The translations under genes and the position numbers were made by a program. Positions 61,889 through 64,000 of a stretch of DNA of 64,000 nucleotides are shown here, in pieces. Under the pieces are notes generated by a model. It was not told where the DNA came from and searched no databases. It was given only the letters and a program-made list of their open reading frames with translations. Positions within the stretch are counted from its first letter, which is position 1. Each line of letters starts with the position of its first letter. This stretch comes from an uncultured Chthonomonadaceae bacterium (GTDB taxonomy: Bacteria > Armatimonadota > Chthonomonadetes > Chthonomonadales > Chthonomonadaceae): the NCBI GenBank assembly GCA_963835065.1, contig CAWIEK010000024.1, forward strand, positions 88,787 to 152,786, written 5' to 3'.

Positions 61889-62015
61889 AATACGGGATGC
61901 TTTCATTATGTACTATATGCTTGAAGCACACAGCAGACAAAAGACGGGGTAAATTGCAGGAACGCCTAAAATACCCTGGATTGTGGATTTTGTCTAGACT
62001 ATTTTTTATGCCCGC

Positions 62016-62046
62016 TTGACATACTAACGCCGGCATGTCATACTAT
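62016..62046 (+). promoter_or_regulatory. Putative promoter/operator of the TA pair
   Basis: TTGACA...TACTAT (19-bp spacing) overlapping the inverted repeat TGACAT-N12-ATGTCA. Confidence 0.35.
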
Positions 62047-62115
62047 TTTGGTATCACAATCTGCTTATAGGTCGCGTTAATTTTTATTGATACCTCATCG
62101 AATGGAGCAAAGCCG

Positions 62116-62328
62116 ATGCTTATAACCCCTGCACTAGAAAAGGCTAACGACGAAGTTGTGTCTGATTTTCCGCGTTTCGGTACGCCGGAAGAAGAACAAG
62201 AGGATGAGCGCTTGTGGACAGAGCAGTTTGCAAATTCAGAGGATTTTCTGATGCAGATTGCTTCTGATGCTCGTGAAGCGCGTCATCAAGGCTTGTTACT
62301 GCCACTTGAAACTATCTTCGATGATTAA
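62116..62328 (+). CDS. Putative antitoxin
   Basis: Acidic 70-aa protein, DERLWTEQFANSEDFL...AREA...G, 6 bp upstream of the toxin. Confidence 0.7.
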   Translation: MLITPALEKANDEVVSDFPRFGTPEEEQEDERLWTEQFANSEDFLMQIASDAREARHQGLLLPLETIFDD

Positions 62329-62334
62329 ACTTCG

Positions 62335-62597
62335 ATGCAATCGCACATTACACCTAAATTTCGCAAACTTTTCAGGGAGCTTCCACGAGATGTAAAGAAG
62401 GATGCGAAAGATGCCTACAAACTTTGGAAGTCAGACTCAACTCATCCGGGTCTGTTTTTCAAGCCGATTGCAGGGCATGAAGTATCTTTTGGTCTGTTAG
62501 AATTGGGTTAAACTATCGCGCTATCGGATTGAAAGAGGGAGACGAAATCACATGGGATTGGATCGGCTCACACAGCGGTTACGATAGACGGATATAA
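62335..62597 (+). CDS. RelE/ParE-superfamily toxin, one frameshift near 62490; absent from the ORF track
   Basis: MQSHITPKFRKLFRELPRDVKKDAKDAYKLWKSDSTHPGLFFKPI ... WSVRIGLNYRAIGLKEGDEITWDWIGSHSGYDRRI*. Confidence 0.8.
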
Positions 62598-62673
62598 AGG
62601 AGGCTAGATAAACAATCCCAACCAGATACCGAACGATAAACCTGCATCTTTCCAATACCCCAACCCCTCCCAC

Positions 62674-62713
62674 CGAACACCGAACACCGAATACCGAATA
62701 CCGAATACCGAAT
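62674..62713. repeat. Heptamer tandem repeat (CCGAACA/CCGAATA)n
   Basis: ccgaacaccgaacaccgaataccgaataccgaataccgaat, just downstream of the hsdS stop. Confidence 0.8.
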
Positions 62714-62720
62714 CCCCTCC

Positions 62721-62833
62721 TCACCCCAGCCTGATTCTCCCACTCAACAATTCCTGCATCATCCCCTGCTTCACCAGGCGGGCTTTGGCGAGTTGGGCTT
62801 CGAGGGCGGCGATTTCTGTGTCCATATCGCTTA
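62721..62833 (-). pseudogene. hsdS: hsdS C-terminal remnant cut off by the IS
   Basis: SDMDTEIAALEAQLAKARLVKQGMMQELLSGRIRLG* is the conserved HsdS C-terminal helix. Confidence 0.9.
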
Positions 62834-63797
62834 GAATCTATCTCAAAACGAAAGTGGCTCTGCAACGGGCAAGATGACCTCTTGCTTTAATACGTGCAAC
62901 TTGCGGAACCACAGGAGGGCACAGGCGAGTTTGCAGGTTGCCAGGTAGTTGCTGGGCTTTTTGTCCCACCGGATGAGGATGCCGCGCCAACGCGACAGCC
63001 AAGCAAACGTGCGCTCCACCACCCAACGCCGCGCCGGGTGCGTTTTCTCGCCCGCTTCGTCTTTCTTTTCTTCGCCAATGCGGCGAATGTGGGGCGTATA
63101 GCCTGCTTTCTTAGCGGCTTCTTCCCCACGCGGATCGTCATAGCCTTTGTCCAGGCACAGGTTTTGAGGTTCTTCGGGCGTGGGCTGCGGACGGTACACC
63201 ACCACCGCGCTGATCGTGGCCTCAAGCAGATGCGCGTCATTGGTGTTGGCGCTGCTGATACAAATGCCCGTCGGCCCGCCGTCGCCTTCCACTAAAAGGC
63301 TCTTTTTGACGCCTTGCTTCCCACGATCCGTGGGATTGGGACCGACACAGGCGTCGTCTTGTGCCCCTTTTTAGGCACACCGCGCGCTTTGCTCAGGCAG
63401 GCATCGGCAGATTGCCAGTCCCACTCTACGCCGCCCAAGAAGTCGCAATTGCGCAGAAGGACCGCCCACAACTTGCCGAACAAGTCCAGCTTCTCCCACC
63501 GCTGCAAGGTGCGGTGGATGCTGGCATCGTCGCCAAACTCCTTGGGGAGTTGGTTCCATTGGCAGCCGGTACGCGCTCGGTAGATAATGCCGTTCAGAGC
63601 AAGACGGGCATCAATGCGCTTGCGTCCGCGTTTGCAAGGGGGATCGTACTGGTTGATCAACGCCTGAATGTGTTCCCATAACTCGTCGGGAACACGCCAG
63701 ATCGTCGGTAAAGAGGGTGTCTGCGCCATAAGTCACTCCAAAAAAGTAGTCGTAACTTTATCATCGGCAGGCCACTCGCTTATTTTGAGATAGATTC
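62834..63797 (-). mobile_element. IS5-family insertion sequence, 964 bp
   Basis: Perfect 15-bp TIRs GAATCTATCTCAAAA / TTTTGAGATAGATTC; TTA duplication at 62831-33 and 63798-800. Confidence 0.93.
62843..63729 (-). CDS. IS5-family DDE transposase in two ORFs (probable programmed -1 frameshift)
   Basis: orfA DELW...RTGCQWNQLP; orfB LDKGYD, RWVVERTFAWL...RWD; slippery AAAAAGGGG at 63364-63372. Confidence 0.9.
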
Positions 63798-64000
63798 TTA
63801 GAACTTCGGCGATGGCAATTTGTTCGGCTTTGATAGGCGGCCATGCAACCTTGAAGGCGGCCATGTCTTTGTTAGTAATCTGGTTGATTGTCGCGCCCAT
63901 TACCTCATCTATCTGGCGCTTAATTATGTTGGATTGGAACTGGAAAAATAGAAAAATGTGCCGCATCACACCGAAGAATCGCCATAAATGCGCCGAAGGC
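63798..64000 (-). pseudogene. hsdS: hsdS, part upstream of the IS (runs off the window)
   Basis: GATINQIT...WPPIKAEQIAIAEVL joins in frame to SDMDTEI when the IS and one TTA are removed. Confidence 0.88.

Overview
GC-rich bacterial chromosomal window. The gene content and style would fit an Armatimonadota-like organism, but that is an impression, not something the sequence proves. Left to right: (1) 0.5-14.7 kb, minus strand, a Wzy-type polysaccharide cluster behind a consensus sigma54 promoter: Wzc-like co-polymerase, CpsD-type kinase, GT2, WecB/TagA-STAS, GH44, an unannotated 44-aa membrane peptide, Wzy/O-antigen ligase, MBOAT + free DltX-like peptide + SGNH/DltD-like protein, acyltransferase-3 and GT4. 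(2) Rhomboid, ECF sigma/anti-sigma, DUF4446, signal peptidase, NUDIX and aldo-keto reductase. (3) S53 peptidase, an atypical vanadium haloperoxidase, a GNAT and a TM + PLD-like protein. (4) A complete chemosensory operon: cheR-TPR, cheW-W, MCP, cheA-REC, cheB and a REC-PAS histidine kinase. (5) A kinase and a phosphatase, then a C-R-M (BstXI-like) island bracketed by a duplicated ABC-gene 3' end. (6) Housekeeping genes (TPR, sugar ABC ATPase, yihY, mobA, aroA, GDPD, xerC). (7) A type I R-M locus with a toxin-antitoxin pair inside it and hsdS split by a 964-bp IS5-family element. Intergenic DNA is full of paired inverted heptamer tandem repeats, REP/REPIN hairpins and ~94-bp MITEs. The most striking structure is a ~460-bp quasi-palindrome at 55.8-56.2 kb: a garbled four-helix-bundle gene between inverted (GGCATTA)n arms that looks like a blend of two orientations. 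Many genes carry single-base frameshifts, probably sequencing or assembly indels. No rRNA, tRNA or CRISPR array was seen. All family calls come from motif recognition by eye; no searches were run.
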